DNA from: Chlamydiia bacterium
GTDB lineage: Bacteria; Chlamydiota; Chlamydiia; Chlamydiales; Parachlamydiaceae
Reading direction: 5' to 3'
Length of the DNA stretch: 16,729 nucleotides
Assembly (NCBI GenBank): GCA_038257035.1
Contig: JBBSJT010000050.1
Span: 1 to 16,729, forward strand
A program made the position numbers and the translations under genes. The stretch's first letter is position 1; every line of letters starts with the position of its first letter. The notes beneath the pieces were generated by a model. The model had not been told where the DNA came from and ran no database searches. It saw nothing but the letters and a program-made list of their open reading frames with translations. Below, piece after piece: positions 1 to 6,916 of the stretch.

Positions 1-1
1 T

Positions 2-1483
2 AACGATGACATTTTAATTACCGATGCTGCAAAAGCTATTGCCATTGCAGGTGTTATGGGTGGGTTAAATAGTGAAATTAGCGATCAGACAAAAAATATT
101 GTGATTGAATCTGCAATCTTCCACCCGGGAGCCATTCGCAAGACCAGTAAAAGACTAAGCCTTCAAACCGATGCATCCAAGCGATTTGAAAGAGGGACCG
201 ATGCAAATATTGTAATACATTCACTTAACTTATGTGCAAACCTCATCCAGCGTTTATGTTCAGGGAAGGTTGTAAAAGGTTTGATCGATATAAAAGAAAA
301 AGAATTTGATAAGAAAATCATTTCATGCAGGCTTGCTCGAGTGAATGAGATTTTAGGAACACATCTTGGTGTTAGCGAGCTTGAATCCATTTTTAAAAAA
401 TTAGAAATGGAAGTAACAGTAGATGGTAAATCTGTTTTTATGGTCAAGGTTCCAACGTACAGAAATGATGTTCAAACAGAAATTGATCTTGTTGAAGAAG
501 CTGCAAGGATTTATGGATTTGAAAATATTCCAAAGGCTCAACCGCAATATCATGGTTCTACAATCCCTCATTCTCCAATGTACCTGATTGAAAATGATGT
601 TAGAACAAGTCTATTAGGACAAGGTTTGCAAGAATTTTTAACCTGCGATCTGATTGGGCCCAGCGCTTTAAGCGTCACCAATGGTTCTAATATGCCGGAA
701 GATGCTGTTGTCAAGGTGTTAAATCCAACATCGATTGAGCAGTCGATCTTAAGAACGTCTCTTCTGCCTGGACTTCTTCAAACAATCAAATATAATGTGG
801 ATCATCAAAATCACGATATCAGCGGTTTTGAAATTGGACGCATTCATTTTAAAGATAAAGAGAAGTATAAAGAACATTCTGTTGCCGCTATTATTCTTAC
901 GGGCAAAAGCCAGCTTGAATCCTGGAATGACAAACCGGCCGATGTGGATTTTTATGACTTAAAAGGCATCATTGAAAACTTGTTAGATGAAAATGGAATT
1001 AAGGGCTATCAGTTTAGAGAACACAAGCTAAAAACTTTCCATGATGCAAGACAAGCCGGAATTTTTGTAGGCGATCTTGAGATAGGTTCCATGGGCGAAA
1101 TTCACCCTGCAATCATCAGGAAATTGGATGTTACCAAGCGTATTTTATTTGCTGAAATTAGCTTGCATGATCTTTACCCATTAAGAAAAAATGATCAAAA
1201 AATGGCACCTTTACCTGTTTTTCCAAATTCAACCAGAGATTGGACGCTTACAGTTAAGGAAGAGGTGACTTATGAGCAATTGTTAAAGATGATTGATTCA
1301 GTTGATTCAAAGCTTCTTGAAAAAGTCACTTTAATCGACATTTACAGAAGTGAAAAATTGGGTAAAGGATTAAAAAATATGACCTTACGATTTATCTATC
1401 GGGATAATGAAAAAACAGTGTCTCAAGAAAATGTGGATGCAGAACATTCAACCATAACAAATGAAACAATTAAATTTATATGA
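2..1483 (+). CDS. pheT: Phenylalanine--tRNA ligase beta subunit (5'-truncated by the window edge)
   Basis: Frame is open from base 2 (NDDILITDAAKAIAIAGVMGG...). PheT motifs AGVMGG, ESAIF, TDASKRFERG, VPTYRNDV..EIDLVEE..RIYGF, LRTSLLPGLL and a C-terminal FDX-ACB-like segment (FPNSTRD...DIY). Confidence 0.97.
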   Translation, partial: NDDILITDAAKAIAIAGVMGGLNSEISDQTKNIVIESAIFHPGAIRKTSKRLSLQTDASKRFERGTDANIVIHSLNLCANLIQRLCSGKVVKGLIDIKEKEFDKKIISCRLARVNEILGTHLGVSELESIFKKLEMEVTVDGKSVFMVKVPTYRNDVQTEIDLVEEAARIYGFENIPKAQPQYHGSTIPHSPMYLIENDVRTSLLGQGLQEFLTCDLIGPSALSVTNGSNMPEDAVVKVLNPTSIEQSILRTSLLPGLLQTIKYNVDHQNHDISGFEIGRIHFKDKEKYKEHSVAAIILTGKSQLESWNDKPADVDFYDLKGIIENLLDENGIKGYQFREHKLKTFHDARQAGIFVGDLEIGSMGEIHPAIIRKLDVTKRILFAEISLHDLYPLRKNDQKMAPLPVFPNSTRDWTLTVKEEVTYEQLLKMIDSVDSKLLEKVTLIDIYRSEKLGKGLKNMTLRFIYRDNEKTVSQENVDAEHSTITNETIKFI

Positions 1484-1577
1484 ACAAATCCCAATATTTT
1501 ATTAATGCCAAAAAGGCCAAAAAATTAATGAATAGAATAGCGGGATTAAGTTCATAGCATTAAAGGCGAGGATCAAT

Positions 1578-2537
1578 ATGAAAATTCTTAAAATTTCCAC
1601 TCTATTTGCTTTAGCGCTAATCATCAGCGGATGTGAAAAAACAAATTATGGCCCGATCGTTGAGGAAACTTATGTTCATCGATATGGTGTTGAAGTTCCG
1701 GCACAAGATTGGGCGGTCAAAGGACAATCCGGTAAAGTAATTACTACACTAAAAAATGGTGTTGTTTGTACGAAAAACGTTTCTAGCGGTATTTTGGAGG
1801 GGGAGACATCCTACACTTTTCCTTACTCCGAAACTGTACAAAAGGTGGAAAGCTACCAAAATGGAAACCTTGAAAAGATGATGGTCTATTACCGTTCAGG
1901 AAAACCTGCTCAAGAAGTCATTTTTAATGGGCAAACCCGCCACGTTACTAAGTGGTACGAAAATGGGGCTCCGCAATCAAAAGAAGAAATTGAAAATGAT
2001 AAATTAGTCACTGCCCACTATTACAGCCCTAAAAATCATTTAGAAGCCCAAGTAATTTTCGGAAATGGAAACCGCATCCAACGCGATGTTTATGGCCAAA
2101 GTCTTTCTGTTGACACAATTCAGGATGGTGAGATGGTTCTTTGTGCGACAACGCATTCAAACGGTGCTCCAAAAGATTTGATTCCTTATAAAAACCGCGT
2201 TATTGAAGGGGAGTTAAGAACCTATCTTCCAGCCGGAGAGCCCAATACCATTGAAATGTGGTATGATGGTCAAAAAGAAGGTATTACGGTCACTTTTTTA
2301 AACGGTGAGAAATATGCAGAAATTCCTTACGTTTCAGGGCTTAAGCATGGAATCGAAAAACGTTTTAAAGATGGAAGACAAATCATCGAAGAGCTTACAT
2401 GGAATAACGACAAACGCCATGGCCCATCTTACTCTTATATCGGTGATAACAAAAGAACAGATTGGTATTTTCAGGACCGCTTAGTCACAGAAAAGACATT
2501 CGATCTTCTTGATCACGGCAGAACACCCAAAGCTTAG
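1578..2537 (+). CDS. Lipoprotein with MORN-variant (YwqK-like) beta repeats
   Basis: Signal peptide with lipobox IISG-C19. Repeated YYxSG/WYENG/Y..G.K.G units typical of MORN-variant repeats. RBS GAGGA upstream. Confidence 0.8.
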   Translation: MKILKISTLFALALIISGCEKTNYGPIVEETYVHRYGVEVPAQDWAVKGQSGKVITTLKNGVVCTKNVSSGILEGETSYTFPYSETVQKVESYQNGNLEKMMVYYRSGKPAQEVIFNGQTRHVTKWYENGAPQSKEEIENDKLVTAHYYSPKNHLEAQVIFGNGNRIQRDVYGQSLSVDTIQDGEMVLCATTHSNGAPKDLIPYKNRVIEGELRTYLPAGEPNTIEMWYDGQKEGITVTFLNGEKYAEIPYVSGLKHGIEKRFKDGRQIIEELTWNNDKRHGPSYSYIGDNKRTDWYFQDRLVTEKTFDLLDHGRTPKA

Positions 2538-2549
2538 ATATATAGATCT

Positions 2550-2587
2550 TAAGTATCCTGCACCTCAGGGTGTAGGATACTTATTCT
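2550..2587 (+). terminator. Stem-loop, probable intrinsic terminator after the pheT-lipoprotein pair
   Basis: TAAGTATCCTGCACC-TCAG-GGTGTAGGATACTTA: 15-bp stem with one G:U pair, 12 nt after the stop codon. The U-tract is weak (TTCT). Confidence 0.65.
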
Positions 2588-2722
2588 AATTCAACCTGAA
2601 ACTTCAGCGCCAAGTCTAATTAGATTTACCTTATTATTTTTTTTACTGTAAAAAAACCTTTCAATTTTCAATTGTTAGTATGTATCATTTCTTTGTTGAA
2701 AATTTTTCAATTTAAATTGATG

Positions 2723-2752
2723 TTGTTACTATTGTGTGTTAAGTATTATAAT
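2723..2752 (+). promoter_or_regulatory. Putative sigma-70/sigma-66 promoter of the 628-aa gene
   Basis: TTGTTA (2723-2728), 18 nt, TATAAT (2747-2752), 35 nt before the ATG. The AT-rich background lowers specificity. Confidence 0.45.
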
Positions 2753-2787
2753 GTAAATATGTTTAATCATTAAATGGGGGCTTAGTT

Positions 2788-4674
2788 ATGGAAGGAATGA
2801 ATAGTAACTTAACAAGATCGACTAATCAAACTAGTTTATCGACTTCGACTGCTTCAACTACATCAACTACCTCGACTAATTCAATAGATAAAAATCGAAG
2901 TGAAATTAATGATATTGCAAATTCGACGATTACAAAAACTAACATTACTAAAAATAATGCATTAAAGGAATATTTCCCCTCTGTATTCCATGGCAAGATT
3001 GATACAGTTGGGAAAGTTGCGCTAGCAGCTGCAATTTTTGTGACAGCGCCAGTTACTCTCACAGTTCATGCTGTAACTACCGCAATCAAAAGCAGTTTAG
3101 CCAAAAATGAGAACGATGTGCTTCTAGATGAATGGGGTTTAAACCTAAATCCAGGAGAGAAAGCCCCCATCGATTTGGGTCTTAAACCAGAAACTATGCG
3201 ACTTATTAATGGTGAGTTAAAAAATCCAACTATTTCACAGCTAAAAGCTGCAAATACTGATTTAAGCAATACAAAACAAACGACAATTAAGAAGTTTGAA
3301 GATTTAGCTGGTAATCTGAATTTTAATCCTAAAAAAGGGGAGTACCGCACTGACAAAGGGTGTGTTAACCTAAATTTATCTTCGGAAACACTTTCAATAC
3401 TTAATCAAGAAAATAAACTACCTACAATTAAAGAATTAGTTGCTGCAATTTCGGATATAGAAAATGCTAGTATGCAAGCTGATGATCCCGCAACTATAGA
3501 AAAGGAATTAGTCGAATTGAGCAAGACATGGGTAGATAGAGAGTTATTGGGCGACACAGTACCACGCACAGATTTAAAACCGTTAACACTAAATTATTTA
3601 ACAAAAGTTAAAGGACATGAGCTTTCAAACTTAAGTGTGAAAAACAGGGTTCTCATAGTTAATGACATGAAGAGTAAGGCCCCTCAAATGGATATAGTAA
3701 TTTCCGAATTAAAAAAAATCATTCAGGATCCAAGAATATCTGATGAAAGAAAAATAGAAGGCTATACCGCAGACCTTATTAGAAACATTAAAGAGGGTAA
3801 AGATAAGAGCGATTTGGGAATATATATGAAATTGACAGCTGTTACAGGTTTGTTAGAAGCTAATGGTAATATTAAAGACGTGTCAAAAAAACTATCTGAA
3901 GTTAATAGAAATGAATTAGAGACAGCAAAAAGGAGTCTTACTGCTACAATGAAAGAAAGATTCCCTGAAAGCATAGTCAAATATACTCTGAGTACAAACA
4001 AACATTTTATCTTTAACCAAGGAGAGGTCAATAAAGTTTTTTCATCACCTCCAAAGATTTTAAATGCTTCAAATATTAATGATTTTTGTAAGACGTTTAA
4101 GCTTGAGACTTCTCAACGAATGGATGCATTGCGTTTTCGTTCAGATTATGTTTCAACAAATGATTTAAAACTTGCGACGCCTTTATATCAGGAGCCATTA
4201 AATATTGAAAACAGAGCTCGAGTTCAAAAATTGAGCAGTAACCTTCAAGAAGAGCTTAATTTTTATAATGGTGTATTGCAAGCCTTAAAAACCAATGATG
4301 AGAATCAAACAAAATCACTTCACTGGGGAGCAATCAATTCAATTTACAATATAAAACCAGGCTCTGTTAATAATTTGGGTTTGAAAGGTCCAATACCTTT
4401 AAGATACAATTACCCAGATGAAAATGATCCGCTTATGAACCAATGCTTGCCTGATAACTATCCCATCCATATGCCTAATTTATCAAGTCCAAATGGTGAG
4501 CCAAGAATTGAAATAAAAAGTGAAGATGAGTTTAAGCAACTTATTGCAAGTTACAGTACCTATTTTAAAGAGGTTGATGCTGTCATTAAGTCTACAACTT
4601 CGATTATCAGGGATAAAACCTTGATTCAAGCCGAATTAAAGAGGGTTCTGGACATTAAAAGTGAAGAGATTTAA
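2788..4674 (+). CDS. Hypothetical protein, putative type III-secreted effector or Inc-like protein with internal helical repeats
   Basis: 628-aa ORF. Ser/Thr/Asn-rich N-terminus, hydrophobic stretch at aa ~77-100, degenerate ~65-aa repeats. No recognisable enzyme motif. Confidence 0.6.
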   Translation: MEGMNSNLTRSTNQTSLSTSTASTTSTTSTNSIDKNRSEINDIANSTITKTNITKNNALKEYFPSVFHGKIDTVGKVALAAAIFVTAPVTLTVHAVTTAIKSSLAKNENDVLLDEWGLNLNPGEKAPIDLGLKPETMRLINGELKNPTISQLKAANTDLSNTKQTTIKKFEDLAGNLNFNPKKGEYRTDKGCVNLNLSSETLSILNQENKLPTIKELVAAISDIENASMQADDPATIEKELVELSKTWVDRELLGDTVPRTDLKPLTLNYLTKVKGHELSNLSVKNRVLIVNDMKSKAPQMDIVISELKKIIQDPRISDERKIEGYTADLIRNIKEGKDKSDLGIYMKLTAVTGLLEANGNIKDVSKKLSEVNRNELETAKRSLTATMKERFPESIVKYTLSTNKHFIFNQGEVNKVFSSPPKILNASNINDFCKTFKLETSQRMDALRFRSDYVSTNDLKLATPLYQEPLNIENRARVQKLSSNLQEELNFYNGVLQALKTNDENQTKSLHWGAINSIYNIKPGSVNNLGLKGPIPLRYNYPDENDPLMNQCLPDNYPIHMPNLSSPNGEPRIEIKSEDEFKQLIASYSTYFKEVDAVIKSTTSIIRDKTLIQAELKRVLDIKSEEI

Positions 4675-4700
4675 CCTAAACAATCTGATTTATAGCGGCA

Positions 4701-4979
4701 TTATTCAATCTCAATGCTGCCATTAATCGCACACTGACAGGCAAGACGGTAAGCCCCCGGAGGGCATCCTTTTTGTTTAAGAGTGCTTTCCTCATTTGAA
4801 CACATTTTTGTCAGGTTTTCGTTTCCTGAAAGAACGTGAATAACACACACACCACATTTTCCTCGTGTACAACCAAATTTGAGTGGCATTTCAGGATTTT
4901 GCTTTTTTGCTTGAAGAAGTTCAATGCCTTCCGAGACTGTAAAAGTCTGATTTTTTGTTTTGAAGGTTATTTGAGGCAT
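4701..4979 (-). CDS. 2Fe-2S ferredoxin
   Basis: FGCTRGKCGVC (C-X4-C-X2-C) plus RLACQC. Overlaps the end of the upstream gene by 13 nt. Confidence 0.92.
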   Translation of the reverse strand: MPQITFKTKNQTFTVSEGIELLQAKKQNPEMPLKFGCTRGKCGVCVIHVLSGNENLTKMCSNEESTLKQKGCPPGAYRLACQCAINGSIEIE

Positions 4980-5527
4980 AATTCAACCTTTTTAAAGTCT
5001 TGCATATTCCATTCTGTTTCAATTAGGTCTGTAAATTCTCTTAAAGTTTCATCAAATGCATACTTCTTAAACACAATGGGGTGGTTGTTTTGATCAAATA
5101 AAATGACTCCGTCAAATGGATCACCATAGATTTTATAATACATCCGCTGCCTGGAAATAGGAATATTATGAAAAGAGGCAACATGACATTCGGTGCAAAG
5201 ATCATTTTTAAAAAAATAGGTTTCTTTAAAAACCAACCGATCATCTTGATCGCTTAAAAAGCAGATAACTTTTTCAGGCGTTTCGCTAATGGTCTCTTTT
5301 TTCCAAGCACGATGGTCTTCATTTTTCAAATGCCTAAAGTTTAAAAAGGCAGAATCGTATACAATGCTTTCAAAACAATTTTTAGCATATTTTTCAATGC
5401 TTATGTGCTTTCTGTAAGGGTCCATCACAATTTTGTAGGTTTCATTTTCGTTTACCGGTTCCTCAATCTGCCCTATTCCATAGGGGATACCCTCTTTCCA
5501 AAAATAATCTCGATAATGTTTTGTCAC
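4967..5527 (-). CDS. Hypothetical protein, probably co-translated with the ferredoxin
   Basis: 186-aa ORF with GTG start and AGGAG RBS on the minus strand. Aromatic, beta-strand-like composition. No function recognised. Confidence 0.75.
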   Translation of the reverse strand: MTKHYRDYFWKEGIPYGIGQIEEPVNENETYKIVMDPYRKHISIEKYAKNCFESIVYDSAFLNFRHLKNEDHRAWKKETISETPEKVICFLSDQDDRLVFKETYFFKNDLCTECHVASFHNIPISRQRMYYKIYGDPFDGVILFDQNNHPIVFKKYAFDETLREFTDLIETEWNMQDFKKVELCLK

Positions 5528-5584
5528 AGTAGTCTCCTAAAGAAAACAGCATCTCACAAAAGAAAATAATACAAAACATTTTTT

Positions 5585-5601
5585 TTGGCACGGGCTTCGC
5601 A
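5585..5601 (+). promoter_or_regulatory. Sigma-54 (-24/-12) promoter of small protein copy 1
   Basis: TTGGCACGGGCTTCGCA: GG 5587-5588, N10, GC 5599-5600. One mismatch to TGGCACG-N4-TTGC. Confidence 0.75.
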
Positions 5602-5648
5602 TCTACCTAACTATATGAAACAAACGACCGTTAGGATGAGGGGGATAT

Positions 5649-5846
5649 ATGACTAAAAAAGAACTAATGAAACAAATAGCGGGTTTAGAGTCAATTAACG
5701 ATCAACTTATTACAGAACTTCAAATGGTAGATCAACTGATGCGTGATGTGGGCTTCTCAAACGGTTTAGAAACTATTAAGGCTACAGCTCTAGAACTACA
5801 AAATAACCCTGAAGCCTATATGGAGATGGAAGAAGATGAGTCATAA
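5649..5846 (+). CDS. Small helical protein, paralog 1 (LE-x-INDQL...GF-x-x-GLETIK family)
   Basis: 65-aa ORF with RBS GAGGGG, an upstream sigma-54 motif and two paralogs nearby. From memory it resembles the small chlamydial CT652.1/CPn0725-type protein (unverified). Confidence 0.88.
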   Translation: MTKKELMKQIAGLESINDQLITELQMVDQLMRDVGFSNGLETIKATALELQNNPEAYMEMEEDES

Positions 5847-5854
5847 ATCTCTTG

Positions 5855-5871
5855 TTGGCACGCTTTTTGCA
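5855..5871 (+). promoter_or_regulatory. Sigma-54 promoter pointing into non-coding DNA (sRNA copy 1)
   Basis: TTGGCACGCTTTTTGCA is a full match to TGGCACG-N4-TTGC(A/T), 8 nt after the stop of paralog 1. Predicted +1 near 5882. Confidence 0.85.
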
Positions 5872-5881
5872 ACAATATAAA

Positions 5882-6049
5882 TATATTTGACCCCGAGTTT
5901 CTTGTCGGCCTAAGGCCTTACAATACACACGGGGCTGACAACTGTTGACCCCTGCCCGGGGTAATAACAGTTACGGTAACAACTTTGATACTCCTTGTTT
6001 GGTTACCCGGCTAGATGAACCTTAAAAACTTCATCAGCTCGGGTTTTTT
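5882..6049 (+). ncRNA. Candidate sigma-54-dependent small RNA, long form (~168 nt)
   Basis: Bounded by a consensus sigma-54 promoter and an intrinsic terminator. GC-rich relative to its surroundings, four hairpins foldable by eye, no credible ORF. Confidence 0.65.
6005..6049 (+). terminator. Intrinsic terminator, copy 1
   Basis: ACCCG-GCT-A-GATGAA...TTCATC-AGCTCGGGT followed by a T run (6044-6049). Confidence 0.8.
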
Positions 6050-6102
6050 ATTGCAAGGGTGTGTACAGCCATTTTATAAATCTGCAAATCCCACATTTTT
6101 CG

Positions 6103-6455
6103 CTGACTAAGGAAGAGCTAATGAAACAAATAGCAGGAGTATATCATCTCGTTTAAATTGGTAGTTAATATGCTTGTATTTTGCCTCTAGTTTAAGAATT
6201 AAATTTCAATACCATACATTTTTGTAGGATTGAAATTTAATTCTTAAAATAGAGGTGAAAGACAAGTATAGTATCTATCAATTAAAACGATATGATGTAC
6301 AAGAGTCAATTAACGATCAACTTATCACAGAACTTCAAATGGTAGACCAACTCATGCGCGATGTAGGCTTCTCAAATGGTTTAGAGACAATTAAAGCAAC
6401 AGCCCAAGAACTACAGAATAATCCTGAAGCCTATATGGAAGAAGATGAGTCATAA
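6103..6455 (+). pseudogene. Small protein paralog 2, interrupted by a palindromic insertion
   Basis: 6103-6138 encodes (L)TKEELMKQIAG, with CTG in place of ATG. 6303-6455 encodes ESINDQ...EEDES* in another frame. There is an in-frame stop at 6154-6156 inside the insert. ORF 6255-6455 is an insert/gene chimera. Confidence 0.75.
6139..6300. mobile_element. 162-bp imperfect palindromic element (MITE- or RPE-like)
   Basis: 72-bp arms 6139-6210 and 6229-6300 match as inverted repeats at 61/72. Absent from the equivalent position of paralogs 1 and 3. Confidence 0.8.
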
Positions 6456-6463
6456 ATCTCTTG

Positions 6464-6480
6464 TTGGCACGCTTTTCGCA
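6464..6480 (+). promoter_or_regulatory. Sigma-54 promoter (sRNA copy 2)
   Basis: TTGGCACGCTTTTCGCA: GG 6466-6467, N10, GC 6478-6479. Predicted +1 near 6491. Confidence 0.75.
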
Positions 6481-6490
6481 ACAATATAAA

Positions 6491-6561
6491 TATATTTGAT
6501 ACTCCTTGTTTGGTTACCCGAGCTAGATGAACCTTAAAAAATTCATCAGCTCGGGTTTTTT
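6491..6561 (+). ncRNA. Candidate sigma-54-dependent small RNA, short form (~70 nt)
   Basis: Same promoter and 3' module as copy 1, but lacks the segment equivalent to 5891-5988. Confidence 0.5.
6516..6561 (+). terminator. Intrinsic terminator, copy 2
   Basis: ACCCGAGCT-A-GATGAA...TTCATC-AGCTCGGGT followed by a T run. Confidence 0.85.
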
Positions 6562-6658
6562 ATTGCCGCACAAATTTATGCAAAATTAAATTTTTCTTAA
6601 TCCAACGTTAACAACAATCCGTTTTAATTGAGGGCATAACAAGACAAAGAGGTGTAAA

Positions 6659-6826
6659 ATGACGAAAGCCCAATTATTAAAAAAGATAGCTTACCTTGAA
6701 TTCATCAATGATCAACTTGATATGGAAGTCCAATATGTGGACCAGCTCATGAGAATGGTCGGATTTGCACACGGTTTGGAAACAATAAAGCAAACAGCAG
6801 TTGAAATTATCAAGCTTGAAAAGTAG
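6659..6826 (+). CDS. Small helical protein, paralog 3 (55 aa, not in the ORF track)
   Basis: MTKAQLLKKIAYLEFINDQLDMEVQYVDQLMRMVGFAHGLETIKQTAVEIIKLEK*. RBS AGAGG at 6648-6652. Aligns without gaps to paralog 1. Confidence 0.9.
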   Translation: MTKAQLLKKIAYLEFINDQLDMEVQYVDQLMRMVGFAHGLETIKQTAVEIIKLEK

Positions 6827-6852
6827 AAATTATAAATTATAATATTTAGTTT

Positions 6853-6911
6853 AAATCACTAGATTCGATTAAATCTAATATAATAAAAATTGAATTTAGT
6901 GGTTTGTTTTA
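6853..6911 (+). terminator. Long AT-rich hairpin between paralog 3 and the convergent F-box gene
   Basis: 6853-6870 pairs with 6888-6905 over 18 bp. All three non-Watson-Crick positions are G:U on the + strand. Followed by GTTTTT. Confidence 0.5.
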
Positions 6912-6916
6912 ATATT

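Larger units (their letters stand above)
5650..6566 (+). repeat. Tandem duplication of the [small gene - sigma-54 promoter - sRNA - terminator] unit
   Basis: Unit 1 (~5650-6054) aligns with unit 2 (~6104-6566), apart from a 162-bp insert in unit 2 and a 98-bp segment present only in unit 1. Confidence 0.92.

Noticed and set aside
1578..2537. Calling the MORN-repeat gene a toxin-antitoxin component because of the YwqK label
   Set aside because: There is no adjacent toxin, it has a lipobox, and it sits with pheT. The label reflects only the repeat fold.
5615..5656. Near-leaderless uORF MKQTTVRMRGIYD overlapping the start of paralog 1
   Set aside because: It has 13 codons, no RBS and no conservation evidence, so it cannot be told apart from chance.
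5972..5996. Minus-strand AAGGAG (complement of the seed) as the RBS of an antisense gene
   Set aside because: In copy 1 it leads only to TTG-TTA-CCG-TAA. In copy 2 there is no start codon at a suitable spacing.
6015..6110. Short + strand ORF MNLKNFISSGFLLQGC... resembling a lipoprotein signal (counterpart at 6527 in copy 2)
   Set aside because: No RBS, it starts inside and runs through the terminator hairpin, and the two copies diverge right after the terminator.
6135..6142. AGGAGTAT complementary to the sRNA seed inside paralog 2
   Set aside because: Only 8 nt, created by the insertion junction and absent from intact paralog 1.
5846..6566. CRISPR array or type III toxin-antitoxin interpretation of the repeats
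   Set aside because: There are no regular repeat-spacer units and no cas genes. The proteins are too short for, and do not resemble, ToxN/CptN/TenpN toxins.
6563..6581. Possible fourth sigma-54 promoter before paralog 3 (GCCGCACAAATTTATGCA)
   Set aside because: It lacks the invariant GG-N10-GC arrangement.
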